From NCBI GenBank assembly GCA_044356295.1, contig JBIKWN010000072.1, positions 1 to 12,000 on the forward strand: a stretch of DNA of 12,000 bases, in the 5' to 3' direction. The position numbers were made by a program, and so were the translations under genes. How positions within the stretch are numbered: position 1 is the first letter of the stretch; every line of letters begins with the position of its first letter. This DNA comes from Bdellovibrionota bacterium. Lineage in GTDB: Bacteria; Bdellovibrionota_C; UBA2361; JBIKWN01. Below the pieces are notes generated by a model. That model was not told where the DNA came from, searched no databases, and saw nothing but the letters and a program-made list of their open reading frames with translations. Of this stretch, positions 1 to 8,187 are shown piece by piece.

Positions 1-99
1 GAGGGGCATATTAAGCCATTGAACCCCTTTGAAGGTGATGGAAGTTTAGAAACCTTAAAAAAAATTCGCCTCGGCAAGGTTTCTCTTGAACGAAAAGAT
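1..99 (+). repeat. Exact direct repeat, copy A (copy B at 9231-9329); may extend beyond the window start
   Basis: Base-by-base identity from gaggggcata to cgaaaagat, offset 9230 bp; the next base differs (a vs g). Confidence 0.97.
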
Positions 100-147
100 A
101 TATTTCATTGGTACAAGGTAACTCGGATTAATGAATACTTTCGATAG
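1..147 (+). pseudogene. Truncated duplicate of the peptidoglycan-binding-domain gene at 9072-9590 (5' end outside window)
   Basis: Bases 1-99 are identical to 9231-9329 and in the same frame (EGHIKPLNPFEGDGSLETLKKIRLGKVSLERKD). The sequence then diverges, reads into the 68-bp element (IFHWYKVTRINEYFR) and stops at TAG 145-147, so the C-terminal PG-binding domain is missing. Confidence 0.75.
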
Positions 148-177
148 TTTAAATCACAATAAAAGTTACCCTGTACC
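110..177 (+). repeat. 68-bp intergenic element with terminal inverted repeats, copy 1
   Basis: GGTACAAGGTAACTCGGATTAATGAATACTTTCGATAGTTTAAATCACAATAAAAGTTACCCTGTACC. The ends GGTACAAGGTAACT / AGTTACCCTGTACC are 13/14 complementary, extending to TT/AA at 108-179. Identity is 57/68 to copy 2 and 58/68 to copy 3. Confidence 0.92.
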
Positions 178-387
178 AAGATCATTAGTGATGAAAATTA
201 GCATTTGAGGAAAAGAGGTAGATTTCAGCAGAAACTATGGAAATAGCATAGATGTCTAAGCTATAGAACTTTGGTTGAACAATGAATACTTTCCGAACGT
301 CATTTGATTGCCCATCCATTTAACAAAGTTTCACTCATGTAATTATCCAAAAACATCGATAAAAGTCTTGATAAAAGCGAGATTTGC

Positions 388-3300
388 ATGATTCTTTCAA
401 AAAGAAAAAAAAGAACAAATTCACTAATAATTAAGACAAAAAATCTTGGATTTGTATTTCTATTATCACAAATATTTTCAGTAACCGCTGCGTTTGCATT
501 ACCAGAGCAGCTCGCACTGAATAATCTACAAGAAAAAAATCTACAAAATGTTACACAACCAAAAAAACAAGATCTACCAAAAGAAGTAAATAAAGGATGG
601 TATGCAAAAGTAACCAGCCAGATTGAAGCCGATGAGTACAAGGGAACTTTTCAATCAAAAGATAACTCTGGAAAAAAATTTAAAACACCAAAGATTCATT
701 TCACTAACAGACAACAAAAAATAAGAGCATATATCTCTGATACAGAATATCTAATAGTACCATCGGAAGTTAGCGACGAAAAAAGCCAAGTTCAAAATAC
801 AAAATGGCAATGGTCATATTCTTACGCAGGACTAGTCCGAGACGGAAAAACTTTTGAGTCCAAAGGAAGTAATCTGAAAAACAAAATAGAAATTACAGCA
901 GAAGGCAATGCTTCAATCAAGAAATCAGAAAACGTAACAGAGTGGTACAAAAATTCTAAAGTAGGACTTGAACAAGGATTTACAATTAATCAAAGAGTTG
1001 GTGCAACAGAAAGTAAAGGTGAACTTATAGTTCGTGGATTTGTAAATACAGATTTAAAAGTAAATGCAGCATCTTTAGATAAGATAATTTTTTCAGATAA
1101 TTCAAAAGATATAATTAGCTTTTCAAATATCAAGGCATGGGACAGTAAAGGCACCACACTTCCTGCAAGCATTAAGTACTATAAAGACAAAAAAAGCGGG
1201 AAGAATATCTATGATCTCGTTGTTAATGATGTAGGTGCAATGTATCCAATTATTGTAGATCCGCTTGCGACATCTGCCGCTTGGACATCAGAGTCAGATC
1301 AAGCAGATGCTCTCTTTGGCTACTCAGTATCAACAGCAGGAGACGTAAATGGTGATGGATATTCAGATGTGATTGTCGGCGCGGCTTACTATACCAACGG
1401 TCAAACCTATGAAGGACGAGCTTATGTGTACTTAGGGAGTGCAAGTGGTCTAGCAACTACTGCAGCTTGGACAGCAGAATCGGATCAAGAAAATGCATAC
1501 TTTGGATATTCAGTATCAACGGCAGGAGACGTAAATGGAGATGGATATTCAGATGTGATCGTAGGGGCCTATCAATACGACAACGGAGAAAGCAACGAAG
1601 GACGAGCGTATGTGTATCTAGGGAGTGTGACTGGTCTAGCAACAACCGCTGCTTGGACAGCAGAATCAGATCAAGCAAGTGCTGAGTTTGGCCTTTCAGT
1701 CTCAACAGCAGGAGACGTAAATGGAGATGGATATTCAGATGTGATTGTCGGGGCGGCTTACTATGACAACGGAGAAAGCAACGAAGGACGTGCGTTTGTG
1801 TATCTAGGGAGTTCGAGTGGTCTAGCAACAACTGCTGCTTGGACAGCAGAATCAGATCAAGCAAATAGTTGGTTTAGCTTTTCAGTATCAACAGCAGGTG
1901 ACGTAAATGGAGATGGATATTCAGATGTGATCGTAGGGGCCAATCAATACAACAACGGAGAAAGCGACGAAGGACGAGCGTATGTGTACCTAGGCAGTGC
2001 AAGTGGTCTAGCAACGACTGCCGCTTGGACAGCAGAATCAGATCAAGCAAATGCTAACTTTGGCTACTCAGTATCAACAGCAGGAGACGTAAATGGAGAT
2101 GGATATTCAGATGTGATCGTAGGGGCCAATGAATACAACAACGGAGAAAGCGACGAAGGACGAGCGTATGTGTACCTAGGCAGTGCAAGTGGTCTAGCAA
2201 CAACTGCCACTTGGACAGCAGAATCAGATCAAGCAACTGCTTACTTTGGCTATTCAGTATCAACAGCAGGAGACGTAAATGGAGATGGGTACTCAGATGT
2301 GATTGTCGGGGCCTATCAATACGACAACGGACGTAGTAACGAAGGTCGAGCGTATGTATACCTAGGGAGTGCAAGTGGTCTAGCAATAACTGCCGCTTGG
2401 ACAGCAGAATCAAATCAAGTAAATGCTGTCTTTGGCAATTCAGTATCAACAGCAGGAGACGTAAATGGAGATGGATATTCAGATGTGATTGTTGGGGCAC
2501 TTTTCTATGACAACGGAGAAAGCAACGAAGGACGCGCGTATGTCTATTATGGTAGCGCCGATGGGCTGTCAACTTCTTCTGCGTGGACAGCAGGCTCAAA
2601 TCAAGACACTGCTCTCTTTGGCACATCAGTATCAACGGCAGGTGACGTAAATGGAGATGGATATTCAGATGTGATTGTTGGGGCACGTTTCTATGACAAC
2701 GGAGAAAGCAACGAAGGACGAGCGTATGTGTACTTAGGCAGTGCAAGTGGTCTAGCAACGACTGCCGCTTGGACAGCAGAATCAGATCAAGCACATTCTT
2801 ACTTTGGCTATGCAGTATCAACAGCAGGAGACGTAAATGGAGATGGGTACTCAGATGTGATTGTCGGGGCCTATCTATTCGACAACGTACAAACCGACGA
2901 AGGACGAGCCTATGTGTATCTAGGGAGTGCAAGTGGTCTAGCAACAACTGCTGCTTGGACAGCAGAATCAGATCAAGTAACTGCTTACTTTGGCTATTCA
3001 GTATCAACAGCAGGTGACGTAAATGGAGATGGATATTCAGATGTGATTGTCGGGGCCTATCAATACGACAACATAGAAAACAACGAAGGACGAGCGTATG
3101 TGTATCTAGGGAGTGAGAGCGGTCTAGCAATAACTGCCGCTTGGACAGCAGAATCAGATCAAGTAAATGCTCTCTATGGCAATTCAGTATCAACAGCAGG
3201 AGACGTAAATGGAGATGGATATTCAGATGTGATTGTCGGGGCCAATCAATACGACAACGGAGAAAACAACGAAGGACGAGCGTATGTATATCTAGGGAGT

Positions 3301-4740
3301 GCAAGTGGTCTAGCAACGACTGCAGCTTGGACAGCAGAATCAGATCAAGCAACTGCTAACTTTGGATATTCAGTATCAACAGCAGGAGACGTAAATGGAG
3401 ATGGGTACTCAGATGTGATTGTCGGGGCTGCTGACTATGACAACGGAGAAACCGACGAAGGACGAGCGTATGTGTATCTAGGGAGTTTGAGTGGTCTAGC
3501 AACAACTGCTGCTTGGACAGTAGAATCAGATCAAGTAAGTGCTGAGTTTGGCTATTCAGTTTCGACAGCAGGTGACGTAAATGGTGATGGATACTCAGAT
3601 GTGATTGTCGGGGCTGTTTACTATGACAACGGACAAAACAACGAAGGTCGAGCGTTTGTGTATCTAGGCAGTGCGAGTGGTATAGCAACAACTGCTGCTT
3701 GGACAGCAGAATCAAATCAAGCAAATAGTTGGTTTAGCTTTTCAGTATCAACAGCAGGTGACGTTAATGGAGATGGATATTCAGATGTGATCGTAGGGGC
3801 CCCTTACTATACAGGCGGACAAATCAACGAAGGACGAGCGTATGTCTACTACGGCAATAATGGCGTCAGTTTAGATATTATTCCTCAACAGTTAAACAGC
3901 CTCTCTACACGGATAGAAACTCTTGGAAGATCTAATACAAATGCTTTTAAGATACGTATGCTTGCAAGGCCAGCAGCAGGAAGAACACGAACAAGACTTG
4001 TATATGAAGTAAAACCATTTGGAACAGCTCTAACCGGAACAGGACTTGGATATAGTAGTTGGGTAACAACTGGCTTAACTGGAACTTCAATTGAGCAATC
4101 TATTTCTGGATTAACATTCAGCACCGCATATCATTGGAGAGCAAGATTACAATATTTTCCGTACATGAATTATGGAGCATGGTTCTCTTCGGGAAATAAC
4201 GCAGCAGCAGAGCAGGATTTTAAAGCTGGTGCCGCTCCTACGCCTACAGCAACACCGACGAATACTCCGACAACAACACCTACACCTACTGTGACACATA
4301 CAGCAACAGCGACGAGCACTGCGACAGCAACACCTAGCGCAACACCGACAAGCACTGCGACACCAACACCTACAGCAACACCGACAAGCACTGCGACAGT
4401 AACACCTAGCGCAACACCGACGAGTACTGCGACAGCAACACCAACCGAAACCCCAAAGCAATGCTTCAATGGAAACCTACCCAAGGCAAAAATTTCAATT
4501 AAAAAGCGAAACGCAACTATCACACTACCAAGATCAATTAGACCTTCCAAAGAATGTGTTATTAGTGCGAAAGCGACTCGAACAAAACCTAACAACCGAA
4601 AAACTAAGGGATTTGGATCGAAGTCATCGACTGTAATTTCGAAATTAAGTAAAGGTAAATGGAAGTTTAGCTACATTGTTAAAACAATGTCGCTTGGTAC
4701 AAGTCAGGAAAGCTCAAATCGAACCATAGTTGTTAAATAA
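388..4740 (+). CDS. Large secreted FG-GAP (integrin alpha-like beta-propeller) repeat protein, probable adhesin or surface protein
   Basis: 1450-aa ORF. Basic N-terminus plus hydrophobic stretch ending AFA-LP (signal-peptide-like); ~250-aa N-terminal domain; 14 repeats of [23 protein letters not shown]...EGRAYVYLG with Ca2+-binding DxNxDGxxD loops; a beta-rich, possibly Fn3-like segment (YHWRARLQY); a Pro/Thr linker; a Lys/Arg-rich C-terminal domain. Confidence 0.93.
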   Translation: MILSKRKKRTNSLIIKTKNLGFVFLLSQIFSVTAAFALPEQLALNNLQEKNLQNVTQPKKQDLPKEVNKGWYAKVTSQIEADEYKGTFQSKDNSGKKFKTPKIHFTNRQQKIRAYISDTEYLIVPSEVSDEKSQVQNTKWQWSYSYAGLVRDGKTFESKGSNLKNKIEITAEGNASIKKSENVTEWYKNSKVGLEQGFTINQRVGATESKGELIVRGFVNTDLKVNAASLDKIIFSDNSKDIISFSNIKAWDSKGTTLPASIKYYKDKKSGKNIYDLVVNDVGAMYPIIVDPLATSAAWTSESDQADALFGYSVSTAGDVNGDGYSDVIVGAAYYTNGQTYEGRAYVYLGSASGLATTAAWTAESDQENAYFGYSVSTAGDVNGDGYSDVIVGAYQYDNGESNEGRAYVYLGSVTGLATTAAWTAESDQASAEFGLSVSTAGDVNGDGYSDVIVGAAYYDNGESNEGRAFVYLGSSSGLATTAAWTAESDQANSWFSFSVSTAGDVNGDGYSDVIVGANQYNNGESDEGRAYVYLGSASGLATTAAWTAESDQANANFGYSVSTAGDVNGDGYSDVIVGANEYNNGESDEGRAYVYLGSASGLATTATWTAESDQATAYFGYSVSTAGDVNGDGYSDVIVGAYQYDNGRSNEGRAYVYLGSASGLAITAAWTAESNQVNAVFGNSVSTAGDVNGDGYSDVIVGALFYDNGESNEGRAYVYYGSADGLSTSSAWTAGSNQDTALFGTSVSTAGDVNGDGYSDVIVGARFYDNGESNEGRAYVYLGSASGLATTAAWTAESDQAHSYFGYAVSTAGDVNGDGYSDVIVGAYLFDNVQTDEGRAYVYLGSASGLATTAAWTAESDQVTAYFGYSVSTAGDVNGDGYSDVIVGAYQYDNIENNEGRAYVYLGSESGLAITAAWTAESDQVNALYGNSVSTAGDVNGDGYSDVIVGANQYDNGENNEGRAYVYLGSASGLATTAAWTAESDQATANFGYSVSTAGDVNGDGYSDVIVGAADYDNGETDEGRAYVYLGSLSGLATTAAWTVESDQVSAEFGYSVSTAGDVNGDGYSDVIVGAVYYDNGQNNEGRAFVYLGSASGIATTAAWTAESNQANSWFSFSVSTAGDVNGDGYSDVIVGAPYYTGGQINEGRAYVYYGNNGVSLDIIPQQLNSLSTRIETLGRSNTNAFKIRMLARPAAGRTRTRLVYEVKPFGTALTGTGLGYSSWVTTGLTGTSIEQSISGLTFSTAYHWRARLQYFPYMNYGAWFSSGNNAAAEQDFKAGAAPTPTATPTNTPTTTPTPTVTHTATATSTATATPSATPTSTATPTPTATPTSTATVTPSATPTSTATATPTETPKQCFNGNLPKAKISIKKRNATITLPRSIRPSKECVISAKATRTKPNNRKTKGFGSKSSTVISKLSKGKWKFSYIVKTMSLGTSQESSNRTIVVK
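1276..3855 (+). repeat. Intragenic tandem array of 14 x 186-bp (62-aa) FG-GAP units, last unit partial
   Basis: The motif ggagacgtaaat recurs at 1339, 1525 and onward with a 186-bp period; [18 protein letters not shown] occurs 14 times without variation in the translation. Confidence 0.96.
4231..4455 (+). repeat. Low-complexity Pro/Thr/Ala linker repeats (PTATPT-like)
   Basis: Translation [41 protein letters not shown]...; recurring DNA blocks such as acacctagcgcaacaccgac and agcactgcgac. Confidence 0.9.
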
Positions 4741-4757
4741 AAGTTTTAGAAATAATA

Positions 4758-4825
4758 GGTGCAACGTAACTCGGATTACTTAATACTTTCAGTGGTTGAA
4801 ATCACAATGAAAGTTACTCTGTACT
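4758..4825 (+). repeat. 68-bp intergenic element with terminal inverted repeats, copy 2
   Basis: GGTGCAACGTAACTCGGATTACTTAATACTTTCAGTGGTTGAAATCACAATGAAAGTTACTCTGTACT. Lies 17 bp after the FG-GAP stop codon, between convergent genes. 58/68 identical to copy 3, with which it also shares flanks (aaataat... and ...aaatcgttt). Confidence 0.92.
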
Positions 4826-4862
4826 AAAATCGTTTCAGTCTTTTTTCTTCTAATGAATCAAT

Positions 4863-6071
4863 TTAATATTCTTCAGGAACAGAAATTCTAGATTTAACCA
4901 TGGTCTGTTCCTCAGGAATCAAAACTCCTGCTTTATATGGTTCTCCATTACAATGTACATTAACAGCAATCCAACCTTTGTTAGTGATAGAGTTAGCCGA
5001 TTTAATCATATTTTCAACCTGGGGTCTTTGAATTTTATCACAAATAGCGAAATTACTGACCAAGGTTTGAAGTAAATAACCTTTGCCGTCCATCCATAAA
5101 GCACCTCCCGAATACCCCTGCGGATTTCCAAAAGCTCCAACAACTATTTCAGAATCATTGATATCTAAAGGGGTAGGGTAGGCGTTCGATAAATCAGTTG
5201 TGCCTCCAAGTGTGGGTAGCGCTGTAACGACTCCCTTTTTAAGTAAATATCCTCCCGAATTAAAATCTAACCAGAATTGTCCTACTACTACACTATCTTT
5301 TTTATCATTGATAGCAACAGCAGTGCTTTTAGTTCCCGACCCGAGCAGGTTGATAGGAGGGATACGAAATGAGTAAACCCCGGCATTATTTTTCTCCCAA
5401 AGAACGCCTACTTTTCCTCGCCCTCGAGCGTTTTCGTCACACCATCCAGCTATAACGCCATAATCATTAATCGATGATGCAGAACAATGCGATTTTCCAT
5501 TAGGAACCGGAAGAAGAGTTGTAGAGTTATTTTCATATATAAAACCCCGGAGATAATCATTCCCATTGATGTTAACTCCGGTAGAACCGATCACGCTTTT
5601 AAGATTATTCACATCATTAGCACGATTAGAGAAAGAGTTATGTGCCAAGCCTGGGATTACTGACGGGGAACCGTTACGCCAGATCAAAGCAACACTGCCA
5701 GACGTAACGGTTCCGTAAGTTCCACCCACTGCTATGCCATTTCTTGACCCAAATACTGAGAATTTCATATTTGAAACTGGGACATTCAAAAGTTTAAACC
5801 CACCGTTTATAACATTTGAGATCATAAGATATGAGAAAGGAGAAATAGTATTATTAGCACTTGGCGTCCAGCCATACACATTACCGTCATCTGAGATTGT
5901 TAGTGCCTCACTACCAGCATTAGTACCAGAACTGCGATCTTCAAATGAACCAATCATGACAAGTTTATATTTTGGAGGGGTAGGAGTAAGAGGGATAGTA
6001 ATCACTTGGGCAAGTACAATTTTCGAAATGCAAAAAACAGATAAAAAAGATCCAACAATATATTTATTCAT
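4863..6071 (-). CDS. Secreted protein with HAF-like extracellular repeats (probable beta-propeller)
   Basis: 402-aa ORF with signal-peptide-like N-terminus (MNKYIVGSFLSVFCISKIVLA-Q). Recurring motif S-x-A-x-x-IND-x-G-x-VVG (ANDVNNLKSVIG, ASSINDYGVIAG, AVAINDKKDSVVVG, PLDINDSEIVVG, ANSITNKGWIAV), plus a LPTLGG segment typical of HAF-family extracellular repeats. Confidence 0.75.
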   Translation of the reverse strand: MNKYIVGSFLSVFCISKIVLAQVITIPLTPTPPKYKLVMIGSFEDRSSGTNAGSEALTISDDGNVYGWTPSANNTISPFSYLMISNVINGGFKLLNVPVSNMKFSVFGSRNGIAVGGTYGTVTSGSVALIWRNGSPSVIPGLAHNSFSNRANDVNNLKSVIGSTGVNINGNDYLRGFIYENNSTTLLPVPNGKSHCSASSINDYGVIAGWCDENARGRGKVGVLWEKNNAGVYSFRIPPINLLGSGTKSTAVAINDKKDSVVVGQFWLDFNSGGYLLKKGVVTALPTLGGTTDLSNAYPTPLDINDSEIVVGAFGNPQGYSGGALWMDGKGYLLQTLVSNFAICDKIQRPQVENMIKSANSITNKGWIAVNVHCNGEPYKAGVLIPEEQTMVKSRISVPEEY

Positions 6072-6128
6072 AAGAGTGATGTGAGCCCTGTATTTTAGAC
6101 ACCGACTATTCGTTATATTAGGAGGTGT

Positions 6129-6377
6129 ATGACAAAGCGATATTCGAGTGAGATTCGAACGGAAGTACTTGGCAAGATTAGAGGTGGGAAGCGCGTTGTA
6201 GAGGTAGCGAAGGAGTACGGTATTAATGATATGACAATCCGTACGTGGCTAGAGCGAGATACTGAAGTTGGCGGATCGCAAAGCCTAGAGCTTAGCCGTC
6301 TAAAAAGGGAGAACGAAGCACTGCTTCGAATTGTAGGGCAGCTGACATACGAGAGTCGGTTAGCAAAAAAAAATTAA
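6129..6377 (+). CDS. IS3-family transposase OrfA (HTH DNA-binding)
   Basis: 82 aa. MTKRYSSEIRTEVL...VVEVAKEYGINDMTIRTW matches the HTH_Tnp_1 pattern; coiled-coil ELSRLKRENEAL; strong RBS AGGAGG at 6120-6125; ends at an A9 run. Confidence 0.9.
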   Translation: MTKRYSSEIRTEVLGKIRGGKRVVEVAKEYGINDMTIRTWLERDTEVGGSQSLELSRLKRENEALLRIVGQLTYESRLAKKN

Positions 6378-6381
6378 TACT

Positions 6382-7278
6382 GTGCAGCAAGCATCCAAAG
6401 GGAGCAAAAGCTCCCTTGCGATAGAACTTGGTATTTCAAGAGCCAGTCTGTATTACCATCCAAAAATTCCTGAGAAAGACGAATTACTTCGAAAACAGAT
6501 AGAAGAAGTAATGAGAGCACATCCAGGATACGGGTACCGACGCGTAGCGCTTGCTCTTGATATTAATCACAAACGCGCAAAGCGCGTGATGAAGAAATTT
6601 AATCTAAAGCCGGCACGCAGAGCAAAAACACCAAAGAAACCAAATGATCTCGGAAAAGCACATGCTCACTATCCTGATATGCTGTCGAAATTATCCCCCG
6701 TTATTCCGGATTTCGTATGGGTAAGTGACTTTACCTATATAAGCTTTAAAGGCACCTGGTACTATCTAGCAACTGTGCTTGATGCGTTTTCTGGAATGAT
6801 ACTTGGGTTTAATATATCACGGACGCATGATGCAACTTTTGTAAAACGTGCAATTCAAAGAGCTGTTACGGTGGTTGGAAAACTCCCGCAGTGGTTCAAT
6901 TCCGATCAGGGTAGTGAATATCATTCAGATGAAGTTTCTCTGTGCCTAGAGATGCAAGGAGTTAGTATCTCGATGTCACCAAAGAGTTCCCCTTGGAGAA
7001 ATGGTGCTCAAGAATCTTTCTTCGGAAGGTTTAAAGTAGAGTTTGAGGACCCAGATAGATTTCATTCACTTGGTGAATTTCTTGAGGCTATCTATACCCA
7101 CATTCATTACTTCGCTTACGGACGTATAAAAAATAAATTAAAAATGACGCCTGCTGAGTTTAGGGAAAATTGGTTTTCCACACATGCACACAGGTATCCA
7201 CAGGTTATGAGTCTCCCCCCACACCCCCCTCATGCTGCGCCTTCGGCGCAGGGTACACGACTACTACTTTTTGAGTAA
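6382..7278 (+). CDS. IS3-family transposase OrfB (DDE integrase core)
   Basis: 298 aa. YGYRRV HTH-like motif; catalytic motifs WVSDFTY (D), FNSDQGSEY (D) and NGAQESFFGRFKVE (E...K). The frame is open from 6364, overlapping the A9 run at the end of orfA. Confidence 0.93.
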   Translation: MQQASKGSKSSLAIELGISRASLYYHPKIPEKDELLRKQIEEVMRAHPGYGYRRVALALDINHKRAKRVMKKFNLKPARRAKTPKKPNDLGKAHAHYPDMLSKLSPVIPDFVWVSDFTYISFKGTWYYLATVLDAFSGMILGFNISRTHDATFVKRAIQRAVTVVGKLPQWFNSDQGSEYHSDEVSLCLEMQGVSISMSPKSSPWRNGAQESFFGRFKVEFEDPDRFHSLGEFLEAIYTHIHYFAYGRIKNKLKMTPAEFRENWFSTHAHRYPQVMSLPPHPPHAAPSAQGTRLLLFE

Positions 7279-7301
7279 TGTTTGTCTAAAAAAGGGGGTC
7301 A

Positions 7302-7307
7302 TTGACA
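7302..7307 (+). promoter_or_regulatory. Outward-facing consensus -35 hexamer (TTGACA) at the tip of the IS right inverted repeat
   Basis: TTGACA forms the last 6 bp of IRR. IS3-family elements are known to carry a -35 in IRR that builds a junction promoter in the circular intermediate. Confidence 0.55.
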
Positions 7308-7617
7308 CTTTTCTTCCTTCCTCTTACCAACACTATTCCCTTGGTTAATACCACGAGACTAGTAGGTTATCAGATTACATAAAATGTTCATTTTCCAGTG
7401 AACCTTTACAGGGCGGACTGCCAGGTGACGAGCTATACACCGAGCCAAAGGATTAACAAAAGCTGATAATTACAAACATCAGAATCCTAATAATATGCTA
7501 ATTAACATCGAAATCCTCAAGAATTTCAGCAAGTTGAAAAATATAGGGGTTATTAGAATTATGATATGTTACACCTACAAAATCAGATTTCATAACGGAT
7601 CTTAGTATTGAAATAAT

Positions 7618-8163
7618 TTGGAGCTATGTACATATATGGTAGATTTTGGTGATAGACATAAAATAGAGTTAACCCTAAAAGACCTAAAACAACTCGATAA
7701 CTCCAGGCTAGCCATCGCCCTTGATTGCACAGACAGTGAAACACGATCTGCCGTAGAAAAAATAATTGCGCAGAATCCAAATAAAGATTGGGTGATTGGG
7801 GACTTATTAAATCCACAACCCTTATCCCTAAGCTTATCTTTCTACAAAAGCCTTCCCGAAGAATCAGCCGCAGCCATTGATAAACTAAGAAGAGATTTTT
7901 TCGGACGCTACCCAATAGAAAGTTATTCGAGCTTAGAAATTTTAGTATTAAGAGAGAAAACGATGCCTGCCATTGAGGCACAAAGCCGCAAGTTACTGAA
8001 TGAACGAAAAATAAATCCCGGACTTTCCAAGATTCTAACTGGCGACCCTCTAAAAAAAATAATCTTAGACCCTGGAGGTAATTTCGTTCCAATTCGAAAA
8101 ATTCACATCGATCCTCCAATCACATTAGGCAAATTGCCCAAATTGGGCGATTCTAATGATTGA
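7618..8163 (+). CDS. Hypothetical protein (true start may be ATG at 7636)
   Basis: 181-aa ORF with protein-like composition filling the gap between the IS and element copy 3; GGAG at 7620-7623 precedes the in-frame ATG at 7636. No recognised domain. Confidence 0.65.
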   Translation: MELCTYMVDFGDRHKIELTLKDLKQLDNSRLAIALDCTDSETRSAVEKIIAQNPNKDWVIGDLLNPQPLSLSLSFYKSLPEESAAAIDKLRRDFFGRYPIESYSSLEILVLREKTMPAIEAQSRKLLNERKINPGLSKILTGDPLKKIILDPGGNFVPIRKIHIDPPITLGKLPKLGDSND

Positions 8164-8187
8164 CCCAACCAATCAGGAAAAATAATT

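Larger units (their letters stand above)
6077..7307 (+). mobile_element. IS3-family insertion sequence, 1231 bp
   Basis: 5'-TG...CA-3' ends. Imperfect 25-bp inverted repeats: IRL TGATGTGAGCCCTGTATTTTAGACA (6077-6101) and IRR reverse complement TGTCAATGACCCCCTTTTTTAGACA (7283-7307). Encloses orfA (HTH) and orfB (DDE). No target-site duplication is evident. Confidence 0.9.

Noticed and set aside
110..177. Canonical integron attC call for the 68-bp element
   Set aside because: The AAC...GTT core is present, but the flanks do not fit RYYYAAC/GTTRRRY, the inner L-box pairing is poor, genes lie in both orientations and no intI is in the window. Kept only as an analogy.
1250..3724. Long minus-strand and alternate-frame ORFs (e.g. 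2054-3352, 432 aa) with repeating [18 protein letters not shown]
   Set aside because: Shadow ORFs produced by the 186-bp periodicity of the FG-GAP gene; composition is not protein-like.
1276..3855. CRISPR array interpretation of the regular repeats
   Set aside because: The period is 186 bp, in frame and inside a coding sequence; there are no unique spacers and no cas genes.
4147..4595. Cys-rich and Val/Gly-rich minus-strand ORFs
   Set aside because: Antisense readings of the Pro/Thr linker.
4758..4825. Simple Rho-independent terminator call for the element
   Set aside because: The arms are AT-rich and ~40 bp apart, with no compact GC stem followed directly by a U-tract, and sequence is conserved across the whole 68 bp. 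A secondary termination role is not excluded.
7331..7617. Possible ncRNA or riboswitch in the intergenic gap with a short GC-rich patch near 7410-7446
   Set aside because: No recognisable motif or convincing stem structure by eye; most likely a divergent promoter region. An Rfam scan would settle it.
7583..8119. 178-aa minus-strand ORF, and other antisense ORFs at 300-641, 990-1172, 3885-4124, 5734-6084, 8516-8704, 9035-9343, 9654-9851 and 10036-10263
   Set aside because: Each overlaps a better-supported gene on the opposite strand and has atypical composition.
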